Part shown: one piece after another, positions 1-9,593 of the stretch
Layout of the letters: each line of letters opens with the position of its first letter
Position numbering within the stretch: position 1 is the first letter of the stretch
Assembly (NCBI GenBank): GCA_045661325.1
Contig: JAZRFK010000087.1
Span: 148-64,147 of the forward strand
Direction of reading: 5' to 3'
Source: Eubacteriales bacterium
GTDB taxonomy: Bacteria > Bacillota > Clostridia > Oscillospirales > CAG-272
Length of the DNA: 64,000 nucleotides
Notes under the pieces: model-generated
Told to the model about the DNA's origin: nothing
What the model saw: only the letters and a program-made list of their open reading frames with translations
Databases searched by the model: none
Position numbers and translations under genes: made by a program

Positions 1-341
1 TTGTCATCACGGCGCAGGGCGTTCATATCCGTGTAAATTCCCTCGCCTGTTTCATAGCCATAGCGATAGAGCGCCATTCTTTTCCATTTGGCAAGCGACT
101 GCACCACCTCGGCGGTACCGCTTGCTTCCTTCATGGTGAAATGTACCTTGCGCTCGACGCCACTCAAATCGTCGTTCAAGCCGCTTCCCTGCATCACAAC
201 GATGGGGGCGGTGACTCTATCCAGATGCAAGGCATCGGCCAAAGCAACCTGGAAGGTATCTTTGATGAGCTTTATGGCTTTCTGTGTGTCGCGCTGCGAC
301 ATTTTGGCATCATACCCTTGCGGGAAAATTAACTCTGCCAT
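1..341 (-). CDS. asnA: Aspartate--ammonia ligase (asparagine synthetase A), 5' part; runs off the window edge
   Basis: Not in the ORF track. Hand translation from ATG at 341 (RBS GAAAGGAG) gives MAELIFPQGYDAKMSQRDTQKAIKLIKDTF...GSGLNDDLSGVERKV...AEVVQSLAKWKRMAL...GEGIYTDMNALRRDD, which carries the AsnA motifs. Confidence 0.93.
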   Translation of the reverse strand, partial: MAELIFPQGYDAKMSQRDTQKAIKLIKDTFQVALADALHLDRVTAPIVVMQGSGLNDDLSGVERKVHFTMKEASGTAEVVQSLAKWKRMALYRYGYETGEGIYTDMNALRRDD

Positions 342-379
342 AAATAAACTCCTTTCGTTTTATCAAAATTTCGGTTTTT

Positions 380-1750
380 TTACCGAATGCTTCCAACCGT
401 TCTGGGATAAAGAATGACGTCACGGATGTTGGAAATACCCGTTACGTACATAATAATGCGCTCAAAGCCGAGACCGAAGCCCGAATGGGGCACGGATCCG
501 TAGCGGCGCAGGTCAAGATAGTCGCGGTAGTCATCCAAATTCATACCGCGCGCCTCCATAGCGGAAACGAGCTTATCGTAATCTGCTTCTCTTTCGGAGC
601 AGCCGATAATCTCACCGACACCGGGCACCAGAAGGTCGGTGGCGGCAACCGTCTTTCCATCGGCATTCTGCTTCATATAGAAGGCCTTGATGTCCTTGGG
701 GTAATTGATTAAGAATACGGGCTTCTTGTAAATCTGTTCGGTGATATAGCGCTCGTGCTCGGTTTGCAAATCCAAGCCCCACTCGACAGGGTATTCAAAG
801 GCGACGCCCGATGCCTTCAACTGCTCCACAGCGTCGGTATACTCCACGATGGCAAAATCCTCGTCCACCACGCTTTGCAGCTTGGCCTTCAAGCCCTTTT
901 CAAAGCGTTGCTCGAAGAAATCAAGCTCCTCGGGGCAGTTTTCCATCACGTCACGAATGACGTACTTAATCATTTCCTCGGCGATGGCGATGATGTCAGG
1001 CAGCTCCGCGAAGGCAACCTCAGGCTCAATGTGCCAAAATTCTGCTACGTGACGCGGCGTGTTGCTGTTCTCTGCGCGGAAGGAAGGGCCAAAGGTGTAA
1101 ATTTTTCCAAAGGCCATTGCGGCAACCTCGCCCTCGAGCTGACCCGATACGGAAAGGCCTGCGCGCTTGCCGAAGAAGTCATTGGCGTAATACTCCTCGG
1201 CGGATTTGTATTCCGTATTGTAGCCAAGGGTGGTTACCTGGAACACCTCGCCTGCGCCCTCACAGTCGGAGCCCGTCAGAAGCGGGGTATTGATATAGGT
1301 ATAGCCTCTTTCCTGGAAGAAGCGGTGCAAGGCGGCGGCCATCACCGAGCGAACGCGGAAAACGGCATTAAAGGTGTTGGTTCTGACGCGGATATGCGGC
1401 ATTTCGCGCAGCGTTTCCAGCTTCTGAAACTTCTTCTGCAAAGGATAATCCAAGGGAGCATCCCCCAAAACCTCGATGGTGGTAGCATTGATTTCCACGC
1501 CGTTATTCTGCATATTGGGAACAACCGTACCCACAACGCGCAAGGATGCGCCAAGATGCGAGGCATTCTCGGGCAAGGTCAAAACGGCCTTGTCCACCAC
1601 GATTTGCATATGCTTTAAGGTAGAACCGTCATTCAATTCGATGAAGGCCATATTTTTGGAGTCTCTCGCCGTGCGTACCCAACCGCAAACGGTTACCTCC
1701 TTACCGAGAAAATCTCCTTCTCTGATGATACGAATATCGGTGTGCTTCAT
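380..1750 (-). CDS. asnS: Asparagine--tRNA ligase
   Basis: OB-fold N-terminus (GWVRTAR...NDGS), class II motifs SGQLE, FGPSFRAENSNTPRH, GLDLQTEHERY, PHSGFGLGFER; Asn T-box upstream. Confidence 0.97.
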   Translation of the reverse strand: MKHTDIRIIREGDFLGKEVTVCGWVRTARDSKNMAFIELNDGSTLKHMQIVVDKAVLTLPENASHLGASLRVVGTVVPNMQNNGVEINATTIEVLGDAPLDYPLQKKFQKLETLREMPHIRVRTNTFNAVFRVRSVMAAALHRFFQERGYTYINTPLLTGSDCEGAGEVFQVTTLGYNTEYKSAEEYYANDFFGKRAGLSVSGQLEGEVAAMAFGKIYTFGPSFRAENSNTPRHVAEFWHIEPEVAFAELPDIIAIAEEMIKYVIRDVMENCPEELDFFEQRFEKGLKAKLQSVVDEDFAIVEYTDAVEQLKASGVAFEYPVEWGLDLQTEHERYITEQIYKKPVFLINYPKDIKAFYMKQNADGKTVAATDLLVPGVGEIIGCSEREADYDKLVSAMEARGMNLDDYRDYLDLRRYGSVPHSGFGLGFERIIMYVTGISNIRDVILYPRTVGSIR

Positions 1751-1802
1751 AATTTTTCTCTCCGTTCAAATAAAGATAGATAAATAATCAAGTAAAGACA
1801 AA

Positions 1803-2062
1803 CAAAAAACGCAGCCCCGTCCAAAATAGGACGGACAACTGCGGTCCGCGGTACCACCTATTTTACCGTTTCAAAAACGGTCCCTCTGCGGCTTCTTACA
1901 AAGCCATTCCGCCTAACGCGCGGAAATCGGCGCCCATACTTGCCAAAAAGGCTTTCCGTTTGCAACTCCGAAGTGTTCTTCGCCAAGGCTCCTTCTGCGC
2001 GGCTTGCACCGTCCCACGCTCGCTGTAAGGGGAATTCCGAGGGTACTTTTCTTCATCACTGT
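1803..2062 (-). promoter_or_regulatory. T-box riboswitch with Asn specifier (AAC) controlling asnS-asnA
   Basis: Minus strand shows AGCGAG and GGTGCAA stem I motifs, specifier loop GAAG-AAC-ACTTC (AAC at 1975-1977), T-box AATAGGTGGTACCGCG (about 1847-1862), then terminator GCAGTTGTCCGTCC...GGACGGGGCTGCGTTTTTT. Confidence 0.92.
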
Positions 2063-2075
2063 TTTTACATAATAT

Positions 2076-2104
2076 AGTATAATACAGTTTTTCTTTTTTG
2101 TCAA
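2076..2104 (-). promoter_or_regulatory. sigmaA-type promoter of the T-box/asnS leader
   Basis: TTGACA-17 nt-TATACT directly upstream of the leader. Confidence 0.8.
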
Positions 2105-2130
2105 GAAAAATACGGAATTTTTATAAAAAG

Positions 2131-2166
2131 AAAAAAAGAGTGCGGCGCCCCAAGGGGTGCCGCACC
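2131..2166 (-). terminator. Rho-independent terminator after the GH5-like gene
   Basis: GTGCGGCACCCC-TT-GGGGCGCCGCAC hairpin followed by a T-run on the minus strand. Confidence 0.75.
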
Positions 2167-2177
2167 AAAGCTGTGCT

Positions 2178-4091
2178 TTATTTTGCAACAATGAGGGAAA
2201 CGGCGCTGTTTCTCGCCATACGAAGCGTGATAACGCCATCCTTTTCGGAAAGAAGAGCCGAATCCTCCAAGGGCAAGAATTTCTCGACCTTATAGCCATC
2301 GGCAACGGAAACGGAAACCTCCTTTTCCTTCGCCTCGTAGTTGATAAGAACCAAAAGACGACGGCCGTCCTCCAAGGGATGCTCGGTAAGACCGAGGTGA
2401 GAATCCGTTTTAGAGGCAACACGCAAAGGATTGCGAACGCCAAGCTTCTCGTAAATGCGGTAAAGGGGTGTTTCGCTGATACCCGAGGAGGCACCTGCGG
2501 TTTTCTCGATGGGGTAATTGAGATAGTAAACGGTTCCCTCTCCGAGCTTATGCTTGACAAGTGCGGGCTCGCCGCTTTCGGTTGAGAGAAGCACCTCAGC
2601 GTCCATCACCTCAAGCTTCATCGTGACGGGGCAGAAGAGGTTGGCCTTTTCGCCGTCAAGCAGGATGCTATCGTTGCGCGGCGTGCTGACGTAATACTCG
2701 GAGCGAACACCCGTATACTCAACGAAGGGAGAAAGCAAGGAATCCTGCCAGGACATATAGAGGGTGGCACCCTTCTTCACGCGCTCGATAACGGGCGCAA
2801 TTTCGTGACTGTGATAGGGTCTGTCGGAGGTCAAGGAGGGCAGGAAATATACCGATGCCTCGGGAATCTCCTCAGTTATGTAGCAGAAGGTAACGTCAAG
2901 TCCTGCCTGCTTGGCAAGAAGGAAGGTGCCGTAGGCAACCGTCCAGTTTTCCTGCATGTTGGTAAGGATACAGACGGCGTCCTTGATGGGCTCGTTGACG
3001 GGAACGGGAAATTCGTCCATATATTTCTGCATTTTACCCATAGCCTTCATAACGGGCTTAGGCTTCTTATCTGCATCAAAAAGACCCAGCTCTCTTTCCA
3101 CGCCGTTCCAATCGTACGGTGCGTGCGTCAGGTTAGACTGCTCGTTCATACACCACCAGACGTATGCGCGCAGGTTATGCGCCCAAGCGGTCATACAGGA
3201 GGCAACGGTGTAGTGGGCGGTGTTCTCATAGTTGACCATCATCGGTCCGAGGTTGCCCGCCTCCTCGATAAAGCAGGGCTTGCCGCCGATGCCCTGATAC
3301 ATCAGGGACTCGCCTGCGGCGTGCAACGCGCTCTTCATCGTAATCATCGAATCGGTGTTGCAGTTGGGGGTGAAGAGGGGATAGGGATGCGTGGTGAGCA
3401 TATCGGTGATTTCACCCTGATCACGCACGTCAAAGGCGTTTCTGGGGAAAATGCCGTGCATACCCGAAAGCATCGGACGCGTAGAGTCAATTTCCTTAAC
3501 AGCCATCGTCAAGGCCTTGCTCCAAACATATGCCTCGTCTCTCGTAACGGGTGCCATACAGTTGCACTCGTTTCCAAGCTCCCAGGCGATAATGGATTTT
3601 TCTTCCTTGAAGCGACGAACCATATATTGAATAAAGCGGATTTCCCACTTAATCGCAATGGGGTCCTTCAAAACGTTGTTGCGCTCCAATAGATGCGGCA
3701 CGTAAAGTCTGCCACTCATCCAGCCCGTGATGAGACCGATAATGAGGGAGATGCCGTGCTTTTCGGCCAAACGGCAAACAATGCCGAAGCGCTCAATCAT
3801 CACAGGGTCAACCCCTGCTCTGCCCTCGGGCGTGAAGGGAAAAACCTCCTCGCTTTCGTAGCGAACCTCACGAACGGTGGCACCACCGCCGAAAAGGGGC
3901 TTCAAGGGCTGAAAATCGGGCCAAAGGGGGAAAATACGCAAAAGACGCAGGCCGTTGTCGGCAAAGCGCTTGAAATCCTCGTCCACTACCTTTTCGTCCC
4001 AATCGCGCCACATATTCGTGCCTGCGTGAGATGCCCAGTAGTTTGCGCCGAGAAAAAAGGTTCCTTGAGTCAAGGGAGTCTTATTTTCCAT
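2178..4091 (-). CDS. Clan GH-A glycoside hydrolase (GH5-like, possible beta-mannanase/mannosidase); no evident signal peptide
   Basis: GANYW..MW N-terminus, LRIFPLWPDFQP, putative acid/base WELGNEC and nucleophile IEEAG, HPYP, WWC; start taken at MENKTP. Confidence 0.75.
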   Translation of the reverse strand: MENKTPLTQGTFFLGANYWASHAGTNMWRDWDEKVVDEDFKRFADNGLRLLRIFPLWPDFQPLKPLFGGGATVREVRYESEEVFPFTPEGRAGVDPVMIERFGIVCRLAEKHGISLIIGLITGWMSGRLYVPHLLERNNVLKDPIAIKWEIRFIQYMVRRFKEEKSIIAWELGNECNCMAPVTRDEAYVWSKALTMAVKEIDSTRPMLSGMHGIFPRNAFDVRDQGEITDMLTTHPYPLFTPNCNTDSMITMKSALHAAGESLMYQGIGGKPCFIEEAGNLGPMMVNYENTAHYTVASCMTAWAHNLRAYVWWCMNEQSNLTHAPYDWNGVERELGLFDADKKPKPVMKAMGKMQKYMDEFPVPVNEPIKDAVCILTNMQENWTVAYGTFLLAKQAGLDVTFCYITEEIPEASVYFLPSLTSDRPYHSHEIAPVIERVKKGATLYMSWQDSLLSPFVEYTGVRSEYYVSTPRNDSILLDGEKANLFCPVTMKLEVMDAEVLLSTESGEPALVKHKLGEGTVYYLNYPIEKTAGASSGISETPLYRIYEKLGVRNPLRVASKTDSHLGLTEHPLEDGRRLLVLINYEAKEKEVSVSVADGYKVEKFLPLEDSALLSEKDGVITLRMARNSAVSLIVAK

Positions 4092-4135
4092 TGTTTCTCT
4101 CTTTTCTTTTGATTTGAATAAAATTCGATTGGAGT

Positions 4136-4178
4136 AAAAAAAGAAAGGAGGCCGTATGCAAAGCATAGACCTCCTCTC
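4136..4178 (-). terminator. Likely terminator after gap
   Basis: Imperfect GGAGG..TATGC-TTT-GCATA..CCTCC hairpin plus a T-rich tail on the minus strand. Confidence 0.6.
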
Positions 4179-4187
4179 ATTCAGGAA

Positions 4188-5195
4188 TTAAAGTTCAGCG
4201 AAGTACTTAATGGTGCGAACCATCTGAGAAGTATAAGAGTTCTCGTTGTCGTACCAAGAAACAACCTGTACCTGGTAGGTATCGTCGTCGATCTTAGCAA
4301 CCATGGTCTGCGTAGCATCGAACAAGGAGCCGTAACGCATACCGATAACGTCGGAAGATACGATTTCATCGGTGTTGTAGCCGAAGGACTCGGAAGCAGC
4401 AGCCTTCATAGCGGCGTTGATTCCGTCAACGGTAACGTCCTTACCCTTAACAACGGCAACCAGGATGGTGGTAGAGCCGGTGCAGGTGGGAACTCTCTGT
4501 GCGGAGCCGATGAGCTTGCCATTCAGCTCGGGGATAACCAGACCGATAGCCTTAGCAGCGCCGGTGGAGTTAGGAACGATGTTCTGTGCGCCAGCGCGAG
4601 CACGGCGGAGGTCACCCTTTCTGTGAGGACCGTCCAGAATCATCTGGTCGCCGGTGTAAGCGTGAACGGTGGTCATGATACCGCTCTGGATAGGAGCGTA
4701 ATCGTTCAGAGCCTTAGCCATAGGAGCCAAGCAGTTGGTGGTGCAGGAAGCAGCGGAGATGATCTTGTCATCAGCAGTCAGAGTCTGCTCGTTTACGCTG
4801 TATACGATGGTCTTGAGGTCCTTGCCTGCGGGAGCAGAGATAACAACCTTCTTAGCGCCGGCATTGATGTGAGCCATGGACTTCTCGGTGGAGCAGTAGA
4901 AGCCGGTGCACTCCAATACAACGTCAACGTCCAGAGCGCCCCAAGGACAGTTGTTAGCGTCCTTCTCGGCATAGATCTTGATGGTCTTTCCATCAACAGT
5001 GATGGTGTCCTCACCTGCTTCAACCGCGTGGTTGTATCTACCCTGAGCGGTGTCGTACTTCAAAAGGTGAGCAAGCATTTTGGGAGCGGTCAGGTCGTTG
5101 ATAGCAACTACCTCATAACCCTCTGCGTCGAACATCTGACGGAAAGCCAGACGACCGATACGGCCGAAGCCGTTAATGGCAACTTTTACAGACAT
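4188..5195 (-). CDS. gap: Type I glyceraldehyde-3-phosphate dehydrogenase
   Basis: INGFGRIGR, active site [20 protein letters not shown]. Confidence 0.98.
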   Translation of the reverse strand: MSVKVAINGFGRIGRLAFRQMFDAEGYEVVAINDLTAPKMLAHLLKYDTAQGRYNHAVEAGEDTITVDGKTIKIYAEKDANNCPWGALDVDVVLECTGFYCSTEKSMAHINAGAKKVVISAPAGKDLKTIVYSVNEQTLTADDKIISAASCTTNCLAPMAKALNDYAPIQSGIMTTVHAYTGDQMILDGPHRKGDLRRARAGAQNIVPNSTGAAKAIGLVIPELNGKLIGSAQRVPTCTGSTTILVAVVKGKDVTVDGINAAMKAAASESFGYNTDEIVSSDVIGMRYGSLFDATQTMVAKIDDDTYQVQVVSWYDNENSYTSQMVRTIKYFAEL

Positions 5196-5281
5196 GATAA
5201 ATCCTCCAAAATATATAATTTTTTTATACCCAATAAAATAATTTGTTCGCGGTTAATAAATAAACCTTTTTAACCTTTGCT

Positions 5282-5310
5282 ATTATAGCACACCCTTTTG
5301 TCGATTGCAA
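5282..5310 (-). promoter_or_regulatory. sigmaA-type promoter of gap
   Basis: TTGCAA-17 nt-TATAAT with extended -10 TG. Confidence 0.7.
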
Positions 5311-5357
5311 GAGGATTTGCGTTTTTTTTAACAATTTTGTTGCAATTCCCGATGAAT

Positions 5358-6122
5358 TTAACTCCTTTGCCTTCTTTTTTGTGGCTTTTGTATGAGTTTG
5401 TGATACCCCTCATACGCGGCGCACACAAAAAAGCGCGGTAACGGCAAAAGGCGAAGAATACGCCGCGGCTCGCGCGCGACTCGCCAGAGCCATTCGAGCC
5501 CTGCTCTCTGAAAAAAAAGAGGGGCGCGCGGCACGCGACCCGCCCAAACGTCAAGGCTTCCGCCGAGCCCCATAGCGAGCGAGGAAATCCTCCCACGCAT
5601 CGAAAGAATAAAGCGCTCCTGCTTCGGAAAGCCGAGGCAAACCAAAAGCACGTGGGGAGAAAAGGCGGCGATTGCCGCCTCGGCCCCTGCCGTATAGCCA
5701 TCGTGAACACCGATAGTGAGCTGCGGATATTGTAAAAGAAGCGCGCGCCGCGCCTCCTCGGCCACGCCCGCCTTACCGCCGTAAAGAAAAAGCCGAAGCC
5801 CCTCTCTCTCCATAAGAGGAAAAAGCGCCTCTGCCATATCAATTCCCGCATTGCGACAAGGCGGCGGCGAAAAAGAAAGGCGGGACGCTACCGTCACGCC
5901 TATTCCGTCAGCAAGCAAAAGGTCTGCCTCTCTCAAAAGTGCCTTTTTTTCCGCGCTTTTCTCTGCCTCCGCCGCGATAACGGCGTTTGGCGTAAAGACG
6001 GCGGTAAAGCGCCCTTCTTTCGCCCGCCGACAAAGTGCTTTTGCCAGCTCTTCCCTATCGAGATTGGCATAACGAAGCCCCAAAATCTCTACATATGCGG
6101 CAGCCCTTTGCCCTTGGCTCAT
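5358..6122 (-). CDS. WecG/TagA/CpsF family glycosyltransferase (GT26)
   Basis: TPN, ADGIGV, GID, LGFPKQE, GLGGSLDVWAG..RAP, GLEWLWR...EPRR motifs; start overlaps the stop of the SGNH gene. Confidence 0.9.
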   Translation of the reverse strand: MSQGQRAAAYVEILGLRYANLDREELAKALCRRAKEGRFTAVFTPNAVIAAEAEKSAEKKALLREADLLLADGIGVTVASRLSFSPPPCRNAGIDMAEALFPLMEREGLRLFLYGGKAGVAEEARRALLLQYPQLTIGVHDGYTAGAEAAIAAFSPHVLLVCLGFPKQERFILSMRGRISSLAMGLGGSLDVWAGRVPRAPLFFQRAGLEWLWRVAREPRRILRLLPLPRFFVCAAYEGYHKLIQKPQKRRQRS

Positions 6123-6820
6123 AAAGAAGAAGCGGCAAGCGCCTCACCAACCGCGCGCGCAATCAGCTGCTGCCCCACATCGTTGGGATGAATACCGTCA
6201 GCACAGTAAAGCTCCGACAGGTTTTGACGCGCGCAAAAGGCAGAATGCAAGTCTACGAATATACATCCCTCGTTCTTGGCCACACGCTCCGCAACAACCG
6301 AATACTGATGATGAAAGCTGGAAATGCGTTCCTTCGTGCCAAGCCAGCGCAGGATATTTTCCGGACTCCTGCCGCCTCCGCTGATGAAATCGAAATACCG
6401 CTCCGCGATAACGGGGGGCAGGTTGGTCATGATGATTTTCATACCCTTATCGCGAATGGCGCGAATCATACCGCGAAGCGACCTTTCGTACTCCGCCAAG
6501 GAGGTTTTGGGCAAATGCTCCTGCTCGGGTGCATCGCTGATGGACTGCCAATCAAAGTCGCTGTCATTGCCGCCAAAGCCTATCAGCGCAGTATCCGCCG
6601 TCATACCGCGAGAGAGGTCCTCCTTTATCTGCGCCATACCGTCTACGGAGGTCATCCCCATTCTCGCGCGATTGGTCAAGGGCACGCCGCCCTCGTTTTC
6701 AAAATATTTCACGGCCGCCTTGGGCGAAATGCTGTACCGACGTCTTTCTTCGTCATACACCACGCCGCGCGCCACCGAATCGCCCCACACTATCGTTCTT
6801 CCAAATCTCGAAAAATCCAT
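6119..6820 (-). CDS. SGNH/GDSL hydrolase (esterase/acyltransferase-like)
   Basis: GDS block I, GGND block III, DGIHPN block V. Confidence 0.88.
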   Translation of the reverse strand: MDFSRFGRTIVWGDSVARGVVYDEERRRYSISPKAAVKYFENEGGVPLTNRARMGMTSVDGMAQIKEDLSRGMTADTALIGFGGNDSDFDWQSISDAPEQEHLPKTSLAEYERSLRGMIRAIRDKGMKIIMTNLPPVIAERYFDFISGGGRSPENILRWLGTKERISSFHHQYSVVAERVAKNEGCIFVDLHSAFCARQNLSELYCADGIHPNDVGQQLIARAVGEALAASSL

Positions 6821-6973
6821 TTTCTGTTCCTCGTTATTCTTTTATGTAGTTTTCGAAACTATATTATCACATTGTTATAATTTTGTCAACGGTTTTTAAC
6901 AATAAAAATTTCTTTTTTTCTTCTCCGTTTTTCTTTTTCCTCATTTTCTTCACATTGTCGTGTAAACTAACAC

Positions 6974-7002
6974 TTGACACAGGGGGTAAACTGTGATAAA
7001 AT
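6974..7002 (+). promoter_or_regulatory. sigmaA-type promoter for the DUF1836/wcaJ-like/ligase genes
   Basis: TTGACA-17 nt-TAAAAT with extended -10 TG. Confidence 0.7.
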
Positions 7003-7130
7003 AAGGAAGATATCGCATCGGTCTTTTTTATGATTTGCCAATTTTCCGAAATTATACGCTTGATGCAAAAAATAACAAGGAACGGCAAAATCCGAAAACG
7101 AGCTTCCGAAAGAAAGGAATGGGTATTCAC

Positions 7131-7898
7131 ATGGGTGAAAAAGCAAAAAAGAATTCCGCAGCCTCTAACGAATACGAGGAATTTTTCAAGCTCCTTGCAT
7201 CGTACAGTCAGGCGCCCATTGAGGCTTGGGACAGGCTTCCCGCCATTGGTCTTTATATGGACCAGGTAACAGGCTACGTCAACGGTCGGCTTTCTCCCTT
7301 TTCCTTTTCGGGCGAGGGCGGTCTGACCTCCAGCATGGTAAACAATTACGTCAAGCTTTCTTATATTGACAGGCCCGAAAACAAGAAGTACTCGCGCGAA
7401 CAGATTGCCGCGCTTTATATGCTCTGCTCCTTGAAGCAGGTGCTGCCCATTTCCACCGCCGCCGCCCTTTTGCGTTATCTGTCTCCCACAGAGGCCAACG
7501 CTGAGGAGGCACTTTACACAGGCTTCACCCAAAGGCAAGCCGAGATTGCCACCGAGGTTGCCGCCGAAACGCTGAAAAGCAAGGATGGCGGAAGAAACGC
7601 GCTTCTTCGCGTTGCGCTTGACTTCGCGCTGCGCGCCGAGGCAATGCGCCTCTTAGCCGAGGAGCTTGTGGGCGTTGCCGTTCAAACGGACGAGGCCATT
7701 GACCACGACGAGAAGGAAAAGGAAAAGCAAGAGGCCCGCGCTGAAAAGGAAAAGGCCGAGGCCAAGAAGGCCAAGGAGAAGGCCAAGAAAAGCGCCGAAA
7801 AGGCAGAGGCCGAGGTAAAAAAGGCCGAGGCCAAGGTTGCCAAGGCAAGAGAAAACGCAGAAAAGCTCAACCGTGCCAAGCGCGCGGATGAGATTTGA
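7131..7898 (+). CDS. DUF1836-family protein (putative DNA-binding regulator) with a Lys/Glu/Ala-rich C-terminal tail
   Basis: LP.IGLYMDQV and LTSSMVNNYVK...P..KKY.REQIA motifs; start chosen by RBS spacing. Confidence 0.8.
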   Translation: MGEKAKKNSAASNEYEEFFKLLASYSQAPIEAWDRLPAIGLYMDQVTGYVNGRLSPFSFSGEGGLTSSMVNNYVKLSYIDRPENKKYSREQIAALYMLCSLKQVLPISTAAALLRYLSPTEANAEEALYTGFTQRQAEIATEVAAETLKSKDGGRNALLRVALDFALRAEAMRLLAEELVGVAVQTDEAIDHDEKEKEKQEARAEKEKAEAKKAKEKAKKSAEKAEAEVKKAEAKVAKARENAEKLNRAKRADEI

Positions 7899-7915
7899 TA
7901 GGAGGCTTTTAGGCT

Positions 7916-9547
7916 ATGAAGGAATATGCGCGCTTTGCAAGCGGCGTTGAAAAGCTCGTTGATGTTTTTATCAACATTTGTGCCCTGTATTTCGGTTACT
8001 TTCTGACCTACTGTCCACCCGAGACAGCCGCAGGGATTAATCCCATTCACCACTTTACCATTGGCGGCTCCATCTGCTTTTTATCCTTTTTCTTATATGA
8101 CATTTGCACCCTGTATCGCCCGATGCGGTTTTTGCGCCAATCCTTCTTTATCCGCCGCATCGTGTTTGCCAACCTCTGCATTCTTTTCGCCTGCATTCTT
8201 ATCGCCGCAACGCAGAGCGACTTCTTTGGCTACTACGCCAGCTGGGCCGCTATTTCCTGCATTGCCAGCACGGTTGTTTTGTGCTTGAAGAAATCCATTA
8301 TGATTTGGACGCTTCACGCCATGCGCCGCAAGCAGAAAAACATCAAGCGCGTGGTGCTGATTACCGACTCGCAGGAGATGGCCGAGGAATATCTTTGGGA
8401 GATTCACTGCAATCCCGAATTTGGCTTTGAGGTTTGCGGCTACATTGGCAACCTTGCCATTGAGGGCTTGAAGCATCTTGGCTCTACGGGAGACCTTGAC
8501 CGCGTTTTGACCGAGACGGAGCCCGACGAGGTGGTTATCGCCTTTGAGACGGTACGCAAGAGCATCATCACCAAATACATCACCGTTTGCGATGACCATT
8601 GCATCAAGGTTTTCGTTGTGCCTGCGATTTGCGGCTTCTTCAAGTCGCCGCGCCAGATGACCTCTCTTGGCTCCTTGCCGATGGTTGACGTTCGCTGCAA
8701 TCCCCTGGACAACCCCACCAACCAATTTTTGAAGCGCATAACAGACATCGTTCTGTCTCTCTTCTTTATCATTTTAACCTCGCCGCTTATGCTGTTCGCC
8801 GCCATCGGCGTTCGCATTTCCTCCCCCGGCCCCATTTTGTTCCGTCAGAAGCGCGTTGGTATGCACAACAAGGAATTTACCATTTATAAATTCCGTTCTA
8901 TGCGCGTTAACGCCAAGGAAAGCTCGGGCTGGACAACCGATTACGACCCGCGCAAAACGCGCTTTGGCAACTTTATCCGCAAGTTTTCCATTGACGAGCT
9001 TCCCCAGTTCTTCAACGTTTTGAAGGGGGATATGAGCATCGTTGGCCCTCGCCCCGAAATTCCCTACTACGTGGAGCAATTCCGCAAGACCGTTCCGCTT
9101 TATATGTTGAAGCACTCCGTGCGCCCCGGCATTACGGGTCTTGCCCAAATCCGCGGTCTGCGCGGCGACACCTCTATTGAGCTGCGTATTGACGAGGACA
9201 TCAATTATATTGAGCATTGGACGCTGCTTGGCGACTTTAAGATTATTCTTCTGACACCCTTTAAGTTTATCAATTTCCACGAGAAGCAGCGCAAGAAGAA
9301 CGCAGAAAAGCTCGGCGACAAAAACAAGTACACCGAGCAAGCCTTCGAAGAGGCTGACCCTGCTGAAATTGAAAAGACCGTATCGAGCAAGCGCAAGAAG
9401 GAAAAGGCACAGAACACGGAAGCGTCTCTTTCCTCCGTACAAGAAAATGCCAACGCCTCCCTGCCCGCCGAAAGCGCAACCGACAACGGTGCTAACGCCG
9501 AAGGCGCCGCCCCGTCCACCCCTACCGATACAAACGAAGAAGCTTAA
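7916..9547 (+). CDS. Undecaprenyl-phosphate hexose-1-phosphate transferase (WcaJ/CpsE-like priming glycosyltransferase)
   Basis: N-terminal TM helices, KR..D, SPGP..F.Q.RVG, KFRSM, DPR.T.FG, SIDELPQ..NVL.GDMS.VGPRP, RPGITG.AQ. Confidence 0.92.
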   Translation: MKEYARFASGVEKLVDVFINICALYFGYFLTYCPPETAAGINPIHHFTIGGSICFLSFFLYDICTLYRPMRFLRQSFFIRRIVFANLCILFACILIAATQSDFFGYYASWAAISCIASTVVLCLKKSIMIWTLHAMRRKQKNIKRVVLITDSQEMAEEYLWEIHCNPEFGFEVCGYIGNLAIEGLKHLGSTGDLDRVLTETEPDEVVIAFETVRKSIITKYITVCDDHCIKVFVVPAICGFFKSPRQMTSLGSLPMVDVRCNPLDNPTNQFLKRITDIVLSLFFIILTSPLMLFAAIGVRISSPGPILFRQKRVGMHNKEFTIYKFRSMRVNAKESSGWTTDYDPRKTRFGNFIRKFSIDELPQFFNVLKGDMSIVGPRPEIPYYVEQFRKTVPLYMLKHSVRPGITGLAQIRGLRGDTSIELRIDEDINYIEHWTLLGDFKIILLTPFKFINFHEKQRKKNAEKLGDKNKYTEQAFEEADPAEIEKTVSSKRKKEKAQNTEASLSSVQENANASLPAESATDNGANAEGAAPSTPTDTNEEA

Positions 9548-9593
9548 CCCCTCGCACAGCTTTTCGCCTTCCGAATAAAAAAGGAGAATGCAT

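Noticed and set aside
1913-2560. 215-aa minus-strand ORF and other short track ORFs (e.g. 88-417, 5270-5851, 6867-7538, 44011-44577)
   Set aside because: They overlap the T-box, promoters, terminators or well-supported genes in other frames and show no protein-like motifs.
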